Below are positions 1 to 10,270 of a DNA stretch of 64,000 bases, in pieces. The DNA comes from Candidatus Poribacteria bacterium. GTDB lineage: Bacteria; Poribacteria; WGA-4E; WGA-3G. Location of the stretch: assembly GCA_965242965.1 (NCBI GenBank), contig OZ251518.1, forward strand, positions 3,616,001 through 3,680,000, in the 5' to 3' direction. The notes under the pieces were generated by a model, which was given only the letters and a program-made list of their open reading frames with translations, was not told the DNA's origin and did not search any database. Both the position numbers and the translations under genes were made by a program. Numbering within the stretch: position 1 is the stretch's first letter; the number at the start of each line of letters is the position of its first letter.

Positions 1-781
1 CCGGGTCTGCATCAGGCATCACGATGAGCGGTGAATTGGACCCGAGTTCCATCGTGACGCGCTTCAGGCCGGCGGTGTGACAGATACGTTCGCCGATGTC
101 GCGGCTGCCGGTGAAGGTTATCTTCCGGACGCGCCTATCTGCACAGAGTGTATCGCCGATTTCGCTGCCGGGGCCTGTTAAACACTGAATCGCTTCAGGC
201 GGTGTGCCTGCCTCTAAAAAGAGTTCTACCAATTTCAATGCCGAGAGCGGCGTATCGGTGGCAGGTTTGATAATAATCGCGTTTCCGCCTGCGATAGCCG
301 GTCCCGCCTTATGACAGACGAGGTGCAGCGGGAAGTTAAACGGGCTAATCCCGACGACGATGCCGCACGGCACTCGCACGGTGAAGCCGAGTCTGCCTTT
401 CACCCCGGGCGCGCCTTCCAGCGGAATCGTTTCGCCGGTGAGCCGTTTCGCTTCTTCGGCGGAGAGCGCGATAATCTCGGATGCGCGCGTCGCCTCGACT
501 GTCGCTTCTGCCAAAATCTTGCCTTCTTCGCGGGTGATGACTTCGGCGAGTTCAGCGGAACGTTCCACCATCAAATCGGCGACTTTGCGCAGGATTTCAT
601 ACCGTTCATAGCCGGTTAAACCTGCCATGATTTTCGCGCCGAGCTCGGCGGTTTGAAGTGCTTTCTCCACATCGCCTGCATCGCCGCGCGGAACGGTATC
701 AACAACCGCGCCGTCAAAGGGGCTCAGGACATCAATTTTGCTGGATTTGTCAATCCATTCTCCACCTACGTGCATTCGCAT
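1..781 (-). CDS. Aldehyde dehydrogenase family protein (GapN/sulfoacetaldehyde-DH-like), runs off window start
   Basis: Manual translation MRMHVGGEWID...EEGK...GISPFNFPL...IIKPATDTPLS...ITFTGS...VTMELGSN; GGAGG RBS upstream of the ATG at 781. Confidence 0.9.
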   Translation of the reverse strand, partial: MRMHVGGEWIDKSSKIDVLSPFDGAVVDTVPRGDAGDVEKALQTAELGAKIMAGLTGYERYEILRKVADLMVERSAELAEVITREEGKILAEATVEATRASEIIALSAEEAKRLTGETIPLEGAPGVKGRLGFTVRVPCGIVVGISPFNFPLHLVCHKAGPAIAGGNAIIIKPATDTPLSALKLVELFLEAGTPPEAIQCLTGPGSEIGDTLCADRRVRKITFTGSRDIGERICHTAGLKRVTMELGSNSPLIVMPDADP

Positions 782-824
782 AATGCGTTTTCCTCCGGTT
801 TTGGTGCGGACGGACACGTTCCCG

Positions 825-848
825 GTAGGCGCGGTTTGGAACCGCGCC
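825..848 (+). repeat. Single GTAG-headed palindrome (GTAG-GCGCGG-TTTGGAA-CCGCGCC)
   Basis: Stem preceded by GTAG; a related unit lies on the minus strand at about 43213-43240. Confidence 0.6.
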
Positions 849-878
849 TTGCGAGATGCCGTGTTCGTCCGGTTCATT

Positions 879-1646
879 TTAATTTCTTGTTTTCAACGTT
901 GCCCACGTTGTCGCCGCTTTTCCGTTGGCTGTAACAGCGGCGTAGCCTGCTAACCCGTTGTCCATGACATCGTTCACATCAGCCTCGGAGAGTGCCTCTG
1001 TGAAGAAGCCGACTTCGTCAAAGATGCCGGTGGCGGCGACATCGCCGGGGCGCGCGCCGAGCCAAATGGGGCTCTCACTCGTATCCAGCGTGCCACCGCT
1101 CGGTGCCTCACCGTCCAGTTCGCCGTCGATGAACATCTGCACATTCTTGCCATCGTAGACTTTGGCGATGTGATGCCACTCGCCATCGGCAACCGTTTTC
1201 TGGCCATCAATCCTACCGACTTTGCCTTTGACGTGCCACATAAAAACGGGATAGTCGGCATCGTGAATCCAGATATCGAGATGCCGCACGTTTTCGGGTT
1301 CCGGCCAAGCATCGCCGTTTCGCCAGACGATATACTGCCATGAGGCTGATTCTAGTTTCGTCCATGCGACGAAAGTGTAGGGGTCGGCGTTGAAAACGTC
1401 GTCGTGCTCGATGCGAACGTAACTATCGCCTTCTCCCGGAAATTCGAGCGCGCCGCCGAACTTACCGTCGCGCGCCCATTTCAGGCCCCCTTTGATTTCG
1501 CCATCGTTGCCGCTGACGATGTCACGGACAACCTTGCCGCCATTTTCTTCAAACAGCCATGCGCTAACTAAGCCGAGTTCCGCGGCATCAATCGGAATGC
1601 ATGCCCAGATGAAGAGAAGCGTTAAAATGGAGAGTCTTGTTTTCAT
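879..1646 (-). CDS. Secreted LamG/concanavalin-like domain protein
   Basis: Signal peptide; WLFEE, GKFGGALEF, DGEWHHIA, FIDG and FDEVGFF motifs; C-terminal KAATTWATLK. Confidence 0.85.
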   Translation of the reverse strand: MKTRLSILTLLFIWACIPIDAAELGLVSAWLFEENGGKVVRDIVSGNDGEIKGGLKWARDGKFGGALEFPGEGDSYVRIEHDDVFNADPYTFVAWTKLESASWQYIVWRNGDAWPEPENVRHLDIWIHDADYPVFMWHVKGKVGRIDGQKTVADGEWHHIAKVYDGKNVQMFIDGELDGEAPSGGTLDTSESPIWLGARPGDVAATGIFDEVGFFTEALSEADVNDVMDNGLAGYAAVTANGKAATTWATLKTRN

Positions 1647-1659
1647 CGGTTTCTCCTTA

Positions 1660-2142
1660 TTATTCGTCTCGGCGGATCCAACTGACTACGTCTTCTCCCT
1701 CGCCAGAACCGCCTTCGAGCCCGTCGCTGCCGAAGGAAACCAGATCATAGCCGTAAGCATCATGCACACCGGGACGGATGTAGACGTAGGGTTTCCCCCA
1801 CGGGTCTGCCGTAATCGGGATGTCAATGTAGGGCCCGGTCCAGTTGACAGGGAGTGGTGCTTCTTCCGGTGTCTCCCAGAGTGCCTTAAGCCCTTGTTCA
1901 GTTGAGGGATAATCGCCGTTATCTTTCGCGTATCGATCGAGTGCGATGCCGAGGATTTCGATTTCTTCGGCGGCTTGTGCTTGGAGGGCGCGTCCCGCTT
2001 GCCCGAGCAATCGAGGTGCCAACAGCACCGCCGCAATAATGCCGATGACGGCAACGACAACGATGATTTGGATAGATGTTAACCCTGCTTGACTTCGCAA
2101 CCTAGGCTTGCAAGTTGCGCCTTTAAAATTGATTTTTTTCAC
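1660..2142 (-). CDS. gspG: Type II secretion major pseudopilin GspG-like protein
   Basis: Hydrophobic pilin helix; YPSTEQGLKAL, W-GPY, DPWGKPYVY and S-G-DG-EGG-GE motifs of the T2SSG domain. Confidence 0.85.
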   Translation of the reverse strand: MKKINFKGATCKPRLRSQAGLTSIQIIVVVAVIGIIAAVLLAPRLLGQAGRALQAQAAEEIEILGIALDRYAKDNGDYPSTEQGLKALWETPEEAPLPVNWTGPYIDIPITADPWGKPYVYIRPGVHDAYGYDLVSFGSDGLEGGSGEGEDVVSWIRRDE

Positions 2143-2297
2143 GTCTGTGCCTCCGTTAATCTTTCTTGTCCCAAATCGTCTTGCTTCTGTAGAGGTGAAT
2201 TGGGGACAAGATCTGGCAGTTTCAAAAAATTATATCATATCTCTTGAATTGTATCAACGCAAAAATTTGAATACGTTGAAGGGGTGGCGTTTTTTTT

Positions 2298-2707
2298 CGT
2301 AGCGCGGGGGCCTGTCCCCCGCGATCGTTGCATGGCGAGGGACAGGCCCTCGCCCTACGTAAAGGGCGGCGTTTTTTTTCACCGTAGCGCGGGGGCCTGT
2401 CCCCCGCGATCTCTGTCTGGCGAGGGACAGGAAGGGGCCTGTTTTTTTCGTAGCGCGGGGGCCTGTCCCCCGCGATCGTTGCATGGCGAGGGACAGGCTG
2501 TTATCAAACTCGCGAATAACGAAAAACCTTTCCCGCGATCGCGGCATGGCGAGGGAAACCCTCTCGCATGCGCGTGTGGTATGCGAGGGCCCAAGCCCTA
2601 CGGTGAGGGGGCGTTTTTTTCCGTAGCGCGGGGGCCTGTCCCCCGCGATCGCTGCGGGGCGGCGTTTTTTTTTCACCGCGACGTTGAGCGATTTATGAAA
2701 CACCCTC
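2298..2707. repeat. REP/REPIN-like cluster ending in a solo MITE-type terminal repeat (TTATGAAACACCCTC)
   Basis: Multiple CGTAGCGCGGGGGCCTGTCCCCCGCG and GGCGAGGGACAGGCCCTCGCCCTACG units. Confidence 0.9.
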
Positions 2708-2716
2708 ATTTATTTC

Positions 2717-2745
2717 TTGACACAATTTGCCAGCGCAACTATAAT
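2717..2745 (+). promoter_or_regulatory. Consensus sigma70-type promoter
   Basis: TTGACA-17 nt-TATAAT about 40 nt upstream of the ATG at 2784. Confidence 0.8.
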
Positions 2746-2783
2746 AGATGGCATAATGTCAGAGAATTTATGGAGGGACCACG

Positions 2784-3995
2784 ATGGCGAAAACGGTGTG
2801 CATTGTCGGGACAATGGATACAAAAGGACTTGAATTTGCGTTTATCAAGGCGCAAATCGAAGCAAGCGGCGTGTCAACGTGCATTGTCAATACCGGGATT
2901 ATCGGCGAACCGCAGTTAGCACCGGATGTCTCTGCAGACGAAGTCGCGCGGCGAGCAGGTTCATCGCTGCAGGCACTACGCGACGAGGGAGACAGGGGGA
3001 ATAGCGTCGCTGTGATGGCACAGGGTGCATCGGCAATCGTTGCTGAAAAACAGGCGGCGGGCGAAATTGATGGCATCATCTCACTCGGCGGCTCCGCCGG
3101 AACGACTATCGGGACAACGGCGATGCAGGCGGTGCCGGTGGGCGTTCCGAAAATCATGGTATCAACGCTGGCATCCGGCGACACGAGCCCTTACGTGCAA
3201 TCCAAAGATATTTGTATGATGTATTCGGTAGTGGACATCGCCGGCATCAACCGTTTGTCACGGCAGATTCTGGCGAACGCCGCCGGGGCAATCGTCGGGA
3301 TGGTGAACGCCGAAGCTCCCGCCGCGATGGAGGCTGATAAACCGCTCATCGCCGCGACAATGTTCGGTGTGACAACGCCGTGCGTTACGAAAGCGCGCGA
3401 GATTCTCGAAGCCGCCGGCTATGAAGTCCTCGTTTTTCATGCAACAGGCACTGGCGGACAGGCGATGGAAGACCTGGTGAGGGGAGGCTTCCTCGCGGGC
3501 GTGCTAGACGTGACGACGACAGAACTCGCCGATGAACTCGTCGGCGGCATCCTCAGCGCAGGAGCGGATAGACTGGAAGCCGCGGGAGAAGCAGGATTAC
3601 CGCAAGTCATCGCCCCCGGCGCACTGGATATGGTGAATTTTGGGCCACCGGATACCGTGCCAGAGAAATTCCGCAACCGGCTGTTCTATCAGCACAACCC
3701 AACGGTGACGTTGATGCGGACGACCGCGGAAGAGATGGCTGAATTAGGGAGAATCATGGCGCGCAAACTGAGCGAAGCGCGGGGAACCACGACGGTTATC
3801 ATTCCGACGCAAGGCGTATCCGCTATTGACAAAACGGGGCAACCTTTCGATTCTCCCGAAGCGCGCGCGGCGTGGTGTGAAAACTTGAAGGCGAACATCG
3901 GTGGGAACGTCACCGTTATTGAAATGGACGCGCACATCAACGATGATGAATTCGCAACGAAATTGGCAGAAACGTTGTTGGAAACTTTGCGATAG
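2784..3995 (+). CDS. Tm-1-like ATP-binding domain protein (UPF0261)
   Basis: GTMDTKG, GGSAGT, PKIMVST, FHATGTGG, GALDMVNFG, HNPTVTLMRT and HIND motifs. Confidence 0.9.
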   Translation: MAKTVCIVGTMDTKGLEFAFIKAQIEASGVSTCIVNTGIIGEPQLAPDVSADEVARRAGSSLQALRDEGDRGNSVAVMAQGASAIVAEKQAAGEIDGIISLGGSAGTTIGTTAMQAVPVGVPKIMVSTLASGDTSPYVQSKDICMMYSVVDIAGINRLSRQILANAAGAIVGMVNAEAPAAMEADKPLIAATMFGVTTPCVTKAREILEAAGYEVLVFHATGTGGQAMEDLVRGGFLAGVLDVTTTELADELVGGILSAGADRLEAAGEAGLPQVIAPGALDMVNFGPPDTVPEKFRNRLFYQHNPTVTLMRTTAEEMAELGRIMARKLSEARGTTTVIIPTQGVSAIDKTGQPFDSPEARAAWCENLKANIGGNVTVIEMDAHINDDEFATKLAETLLETLR

Positions 3996-4036
3996 CGGGC
4001 GGCGATTGAGATAGGTGCAAAATCGGGAGGAAAACG

Positions 4037-4933
4037 GTGGAAAAAGTATTGACAGAAGCGGAGATTAACCATTTCATTGAGAAAGGACATATTATCCTGC
4101 GAGACTGCTTCCCGCGGGAATTGGCATCGGAATGGCGGGCGTTTGCCTATAAACGGCTCGGTTATTCACCGGACAGTTCTTTGCAAGACGCGCTGGCGAG
4201 TGGGCTGCTCCAACCGCGCATGCATCTGCCTTCCATGAATCGGGTGCCGATTAGGGAGGTTGCACCGCGGGCGTGGGGAGCTATTTGTGAATTGCTCGGC
4301 GGTGAAGAGCGTATCGGCACTTCGGAACCGTCGTGGGGTGATGGGTTTATCATCAACTTCGCGCTCGGCGCGGATTCGCCGTGGCAGCCGCCTTCGTCAG
4401 AAGTCGGCGGCTGGCATAAGGACGGCGATTTCTTCCGCCATTTTCTGGATAGCCCGGAACAGGGGCTCCTGACGATTATCGCCTGGTCAGATATTTATCC
4501 GAAGAGTGGTGGAACATTCGTGGCGTGCGATTCTGTCCAGCATGTCGCGCGGCGGCTCTATGAGCATCCGGAGGGATTGCTGCCAAGCGGTTTTGGCGGT
4601 TTAATTGATAAGTGCGAGGATTTCGTGGAAATTACGGGGAGAGCGGGGGATGTTGTCCTCTTGCATCCGTTTATCTTGCACGCTGCGTCGCAGAATCCAT
4701 CGGGACGCGCGCGCTTCATTACGAATCCGCCGGTGCATCTCAAAGAACCGATGAATTTCAACCGCGAGAATCCGGAAAATTTTTCGCCGGTGGAATTAGG
4801 TGTGTTGCACGGGCTGCGGAAGAAGCGTTTAGATTTCAGACCGGCGGCACCGCGCGAACGTTTGGTGCCTGAACGCCTCAAACGTCAGCAAAAAATGTTG
4901 GAAGAACAGAGGAAGCGGTTGGAGATGGGGTAA
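4037..4933 (+). CDS. Phytanoyl-CoA dioxygenase (PhyH)-like Fe(II)/2OG enzyme
   Basis: WHKDGD..HFLDSPEQGLL and GDVVLLHPFILH motifs (HxD...H triad). Confidence 0.75.
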   Translation: MEKVLTEAEINHFIEKGHIILRDCFPRELASEWRAFAYKRLGYSPDSSLQDALASGLLQPRMHLPSMNRVPIREVAPRAWGAICELLGGEERIGTSEPSWGDGFIINFALGADSPWQPPSSEVGGWHKDGDFFRHFLDSPEQGLLTIIAWSDIYPKSGGTFVACDSVQHVARRLYEHPEGLLPSGFGGLIDKCEDFVEITGRAGDVVLLHPFILHAASQNPSGRARFITNPPVHLKEPMNFNRENPENFSPVELGVLHGLRKKRLDFRPAAPRERLVPERLKRQQKMLEEQRKRLEMG

Positions 4934-4957
4934 GTTTTGTTTTAGTTTGTTGGGAGA

Positions 4958-5990
4958 TCGCGAGGGACAGGCCCTCGCGCTACGGTAAAAAACGCCATCC
5001 CTCACCGTAGGGCGAGGGCCTGTCCCTCGCCATGCATCGGATTACTAAACGATCGCGGGGGACAGGCCCCCGCGCTACGGTAACGGGACGGTTTTTTGGC
5101 AGCAGCACGGCCCCTTCACCGTAGGGCGAGGGCCTGTCCCTCGCCATGCTGCGCTCGCGGGGGACAGGCCCCCGCGCTACGGTAAAAAAACGCCGCCGCG
5201 GTTCGTAGGGCGAGGCTGCTTACGGTATTGCATCGAGACCGGGAGGTCTCTCCTACTGGCAGCGATCGCGGGGGACAGGCCCCTGCGCTACGGTAAAAAA
5301 CGGGCCCCTTCACCGTAGGGCGAGGGCCTGTCCCTCGCCATGCTGCGATCGCGAGGGGAACCCTCTCGGATGCGCGTGTGGCATCCGAGGGCCCCGCGCT
5401 ACGGGAAAAAACGATTTTTAGGTCCGTAGGACCTTAATGTCTATAGCACGTCAGGCTGCGAAGAACGCTAAGGTCCTTTAGGTCCTTAATAGTTTTTGCC
5501 ATGTCCGCGCGTTTTTTTTATTAAGGACCTAAAGGACCTTGAAAACGGCACGTCACGTATTTCTATAGACATTAAGGACCTAAAGGACCTAAAAACATAA
5601 CTTGACAATGGAGCTCTTGCGCCAGGCTCTGTAGGTCAGGATCGCCTGATCCTGACCTGTTTGTGATCAGGCGATCACAAACTACAGAGGTGGGCCCGAG
5701 GCGCGGCCCACCCTTCGCTTTTCTATCGGTATTCGCCCGTTACCCCAAGGGGGGATAAATACCGAAACGGAGTTATGAAACACCCTCACGTAAGGGGGGA
5801 GGCTGCTTGTGGTATTGCATCGAGACCGGGAGGTCTCTCCTACTGGCAGCGATCGCGGGGGACAGGCCCTCGCGCTACGGTTAAAAAAACGCCTCTGCGT
5901 CTCGTAGGGCGTGGGCCTGTCCCTCGCCATGCTGCGGTCTACCGGACGCTCGCGGGGGACAGGCCCCCGCGCTACGGTAACGGGACGGTT
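4958..5990. repeat. Large mosaic REP/REPIN cluster with a ~175-bp nested inverted repeat (5419-5591) and a solo terminal repeat (ends 5787)
   Basis: Families A/A', B, C, E and F all visible directly. Confidence 0.9.
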
Positions 5991-6002
5991 TTAAGGAATT
6001 CC

Positions 6003-9000
6003 ATGAATTTTGAAAACATCGCCAACACCTATTGGCGAAACATTCAGCAAACTCAAGGTGAAGTTGATGCCACCGCAGAACTCTCGCTGCATACGCATCT
6101 CAAGACGTTTTTGGAGCAAGCGGCGACGCACTTAGGTTACGCTGCCCATATCACGCACGAACCTCGTCAGATGGAAATAGGCAGGCCCGATTTCGTTGTG
6201 AAAGTGCAGAATGGCGGGGTTCTCGGATATATTGAAGCGGAAGCACCCGACAAAAATTTGGATGCCCTCACAGGCCACGCCCAAGCGCAAAACGCGCGGT
6301 TCATCAAAAACCTTGATAACTTCCTCCTCACCAATTTCGTTGATTTTCGGCTGTATACGGATGGCACCTTGCGCGCAACCGCAGAGGTAAGAAGCGCGAA
6401 CAGCATCGCAACTTTGCTCGACCGGTTTTTGGGCGCGCAGCCGATGCACATTGAGACACCGGCGGTGCTTGCGAAACACCTCGCGCGGCGCACACGCGAA
6501 CTCCAAACCCAAATTGCTGCCACCCTTAAAGACGAAGGCAGTGATGTCTATCGGATGTTCGACGCGTTCAAGGCAACCCTCCTCACAACGCTGTCCCCCG
6601 ATGATTTCGCCGATATGTATGCACAGACGCTGGCGTATGGCCTCTTCGCCGCCCGATGCACGCTTCCGAATGCCACACATTTCTCGCGGTTGACTGCCGC
6701 CAACGCGCTGCCGCGTTCCAACCCGTTTTTGCGGCAGCTCTTCCACCTCGTGGCATCCCCAACCCTTGCGGAGAACGTCACTTATGTTTTGGACGAAATC
6801 GCCGTGCTGCTTCAAAACGTTTCTACGGCAATGCTCCGCACAGCGTTTACGACGAAGACGCATAGCGAAGACCCGGTTATTCATTTCTATGAAACCTTTC
6901 TCGCAGCGTATGCACCACAGCGGCGCGTGGAACGCGGTGTCTATTACACGCCGCCGCAGGTTATCTCCTACATCGTCCGTTCCGTGGATACCCTTCTCAA
7001 GACGCAACTCAAAAAACGAGATGGGCTCGCCGATGACGATACCCTCATTCTGGACCCGGCCACTGGCACCGGTGGCTTTCTCGTGGCAGTATTGTCCCAC
7101 ATTCGTGAATACGTGACTGAGACATACGGTTCCGGTGAATGGACTCGGTATGTGAACGCGGAACTCGTCCGGCGACTTTTCGGGTTTGAACTGCTCGTCG
7201 CTCCGTATACCATCGCGCATCTGAAGATGAGTCTTTTCCTGCAAACGCAAGGCTGGCAGGCAGATGAACGGCTCCGCATTTATCTCACGAATACGCTGGA
7301 GGAACCGGTTGAGAAGGAGAGTTACGCCTTTGCGGGGTTCATCTCCGATGAATCGAACGCGGCGGTTTCAGTCAAGCGAGACGCGCCCATCCTCGCCATC
7401 GTCGGCAATCCGCCCTATACGGAGGCATCACCTAACCCAAGTCGTGTTGAGGGGGAGCTCACCTTTATCGGAAGGCTTATTGAAAATTACAAAAAAATTG
7501 ATGGCGAGCGTTTGAAGACAAAGGGCGCGCTTCAGGCGGATTACGTGAAGTTTATCCGCTGGGCGCAGTGGAAAATCAAACAAGCTGGTGAAGGTGTGAT
7601 GGGCTATGTCGTCAGCAACGGGTTTCTCAACGGCACCGACTTTCGCGGCATGCGGCAGAGTTTGATGAACAGTTTCAACGCGCTCTATCTTTTCAATCTG
7701 CACGGAAGTAGCATCATCAAGGAGGCTATTCCGGAAGGAAAGAAGAACGAGAATGTCTTTAACATCCAGCAGGGCGTAGCGATTCTGCTGTGTGTCAAGA
7801 CGCGCGATAACGCCGATGTGGCAAAAGTCTTTTATGCGGATTTGTGGGGGAGTCGCGCAGAAAAATACCAAACGCTGGAGGAGAGTGATGTCCAAAGCAC
7901 GCAGTGGACAGAACTTCAGCCAACCTCACCGGGCTATCTGTTTGTGCCGCAGGATACGGAACGACGCGCAGCATACGAGGAAGGATGGAAGGTTACCGAT
8001 ATTTTTCACGTGCATTCAGCCGGGATTATCACGGCTCGGGATAAATTCACGATTCATCGCACGCCGGAGGCGGTGCGCGATACCGTCACCGATTTTGTGT
8101 TACTCTCTGCGGAAGATGCACGGGCTAAATATCAATTGCGCCGCGATACCACATCTTGGCAAATCGCGGCTGCCCAAGCTGATCTACAGAACCACCCCGA
8201 TATTGATAACCACATTGTGTCTGTCCGCTACCGTCCGTTTGATACGCGGTTTACCTACTACACAGGAAAGGCACAGGGATTCCACAACACGCCATCGCGT
8301 AAGACGATGAGGCATCTGTTGATGGATAACCTTGCCCTTTGCGTCTGTTTTGGCGTGACGAGCCCGGCATGGAAGCATGTTTTCATCACCGATCGGATTA
8401 TCGTGAATGGCGGTCTCTCAAGTCGTAGTAGCGAAGGGGCACATGTGTTCCCGCTTTATCTCTATCCAACGCCAGAAACGTTGGAACTTACTTCGGAACG
8501 TTTACCCAACCTCAAGCCGGAGTTTCTTGACGCACTCTCCGAGAAACTGGGAACTGCGCAAATAACACCTGAGGACATCCTTGGCTATCTCTACGCCGTT
8601 TTGCATAGTCCCGCTTATCGCGAACGCTATTACGATTTCCTGAAATACGACTTTCCGCGCATCCCCTTGCCGAAGGATCTCGCGCACTTCCGAAAGATGG
8701 CGGATTTGGGACAAGCGTTAATCAACTGGCACCTCGGTAGAAGTGACATCCCGCCTCGCCATCGGTTTGAGGGGGAAGGTGAGGGAATCGTCTCCAAAAT
8801 CCGTTACGAAGATGGCAACATTTGGATTAATCAGACGCAGCATTTCACAGATGTCCCGATAGACGTGTGGGAGTTTGAGGTGGGCGCGTATCAGGTATGC
8901 GAGAAGTGGCTTAAGGATAGACGTGGTGAGACGTTGAGCCGCGCGGAGGTGCAACACTATCGGGGCATTTTAGTTGCAATCGCGGAGACGCTCGGTATTA

Positions 9001-9029
9001 TGTCTGAATTAGATGCGGGTGTTTCCTAA
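6003..9029 (+). CDS. Type ISP/IIG-like single-chain restriction-modification enzyme (N6-adenine MTase plus C-terminal specificity domain, no helicase)
   Basis: GVYYTP, LDPATGTGGF (motif I), GNPPY (motif IV), YRPFD and FPRIP; N-terminal PD...IEAE. Start taken at the ATG at 6003 because the upstream ORF extension is repeat-derived. Confidence 0.85.
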   Translation: MNFENIANTYWRNIQQTQGEVDATAELSLHTHLKTFLEQAATHLGYAAHITHEPRQMEIGRPDFVVKVQNGGVLGYIEAEAPDKNLDALTGHAQAQNARFIKNLDNFLLTNFVDFRLYTDGTLRATAEVRSANSIATLLDRFLGAQPMHIETPAVLAKHLARRTRELQTQIAATLKDEGSDVYRMFDAFKATLLTTLSPDDFADMYAQTLAYGLFAARCTLPNATHFSRLTAANALPRSNPFLRQLFHLVASPTLAENVTYVLDEIAVLLQNVSTAMLRTAFTTKTHSEDPVIHFYETFLAAYAPQRRVERGVYYTPPQVISYIVRSVDTLLKTQLKKRDGLADDDTLILDPATGTGGFLVAVLSHIREYVTETYGSGEWTRYVNAELVRRLFGFELLVAPYTIAHLKMSLFLQTQGWQADERLRIYLTNTLEEPVEKESYAFAGFISDESNAAVSVKRDAPILAIVGNPPYTEASPNPSRVEGELTFIGRLIENYKKIDGERLKTKGALQADYVKFIRWAQWKIKQAGEGVMGYVVSNGFLNGTDFRGMRQSLMNSFNALYLFNLHGSSIIKEAIPEGKKNENVFNIQQGVAILLCVKTRDNADVAKVFYADLWGSRAEKYQTLEESDVQSTQWTELQPTSPGYLFVPQDTERRAAYEEGWKVTDIFHVHSAGIITARDKFTIHRTPEAVRDTVTDFVLLSAEDARAKYQLRRDTTSWQIAAAQADLQNHPDIDNHIVSVRYRPFDTRFTYYTGKAQGFHNTPSRKTMRHLLMDNLALCVCFGVTSPAWKHVFITDRIIVNGGLSSRSSEGAHVFPLYLYPTPETLELTSERLPNLKPEFLDALSEKLGTAQITPEDILGYLYAVLHSPAYRERYYDFLKYDFPRIPLPKDLAHFRKMADLGQALINWHLGRSDIPPRHRFEGEGEGIVSKIRYEDGNIWINQTQHFTDVPIDVWEFEVGAYQVCEKWLKDRRGETLSRAEVQHYRGILVAIAETLGIMSELDAGVS

Positions 9030-9049
9030 CTCAAGAAACCGTCCGGTTA

Positions 9050-10270
9050 CCGTAGCGCGGGGGCCCTCGGATGCCACACGCGCATCCGAGCGGGTTTCCC
9101 CCGCGGTCGTCCCGTAGGCGAGACCTCCTGGTCTCGATGCAATCGGGCGGCGCGCCTCCCGGGGCCGCGGCGGCGGAAGGTCCCTTTCATCGTAGGGCGA
9201 GGGCCCTCGGATGCCACCCGCGCAGGCGAGCGGGTTTCCCTCGCCATGCCGTGATCGCGGGGGACAGGCCCCCGCGCTACGGTAAAAAAACGTCACTTCA
9301 CCGTAGGGCGAGGGCCTGTCCCTCGCCATCGTTCCCGCTACGAAAAACCGGTTCTTAGGTCCGTAGGACCTTAATGTCTATAGCATGCACGCCTGCGAAG
9401 AATCTTAAGGTCCTTTAGGTCCTTAATAGTTTTTACCATGCGGCGCGCGTTTTTTATTAAGGACCTAAAGGACCTTGACTTGGGTCGACACGTTTTTCTA
9501 TAGACATTAAGGACCTAAAGGACCTAAAACGCCACATCGTGACGATGACGCTCGCGGGGGAAACCCTCTCGGATGCGCGTATGGCATCCGAGGCCCCCGC
9601 GCTACGGGAAAAAACGGTACTTCACCGTAGGGCGAGGGCCTGTCCCTCGCCATCGTTCACGCTCCGGAAAAACCGTCTCTTGTTCTCTTAGGTCCGTAGG
9701 ACCTTAATGTCTATAGCACGCTCGCCTGCGAAGAATCTTAAGGTCCTTTAGGTCCTTAATAGTTTTCGACATGCCGCGCGTTTTTTATTAAGGTCCTACA
9801 GACCTTGCCTTGGGCTGACACGTTTTTCTATAGACATTCAGATCCTACGGACCTAAGACGCTGCGTAGGAAAAAACGGCATCCGGCCCCGTAGGGCGAGG
9901 GCCTGTCCCTCGCCATCGTCCGCGGCCTCCAACGATCGCGGGGGACAGGCCCCCGCGCTACGAAAAAACCGGTTCTTAGGTCCGTAGGACCTTAATGTCT
10001 ATAGCATGCTTGTCTGCGCAGAATCTTAAGGTCCTTTAGGTCCTTAATAGTTTTTACCATGCGGCGCGTTTTTTTTATTAAGGACCTAAAGGACCTTGAT
10101 AGAGGCCGGCACGTATTTCTATAGACATTAAGGACCTAAAGGACCTAAAAACATAACTTGACGATAGGCAACGCGGGGGACAGGCCCCCGCGCTACGCTA
10201 AAAATAACGCCTTCCTTTCCTCGTAGGCCCCCGCGCTACGGGAAAATTGAGGCCCGAGGTTTCGCCTACC
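9050..10270. repeat. REP cluster with three copies of the long E-type hairpin (9356-9526, 9689-9854, 9977-10147)
   Basis: TAGGTCCGTAGGACCTTAATGTCTATAG...CTATAGACATTAAGGACCTAAAGGACCTA repeated. Confidence 0.9.

Noticed and set aside
2254-2919. ORFs made of ARGPVPR / GDRPPRY / RARACPSP peptides, here and in other repeat islands
   Set aside because: They are translations of GC-rich palindromes with no RBS or domain; treated as spurious.
4170-4215. Possible REP-derived insert in the PhyH gene (DSSLQDALASGLLQ)
   Set aside because: Similarity to any repeat family is too weak to support by eye.
5775-6002. N-terminal extension of the R-M ORF to 1084 aa
   Set aside because: It starts at the ATG within the MITE TIR (MKHP) and is all repeat sequence. 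The ATG at 6003 has an AAGGA RBS. The same artefact affects the LRR ORF start at 50243.
6132-7250. 372-aa antisense ORF and other long antisense ORFs
   Set aside because: Shadow frames of real genes in GC-rich DNA with no recognisable motifs.
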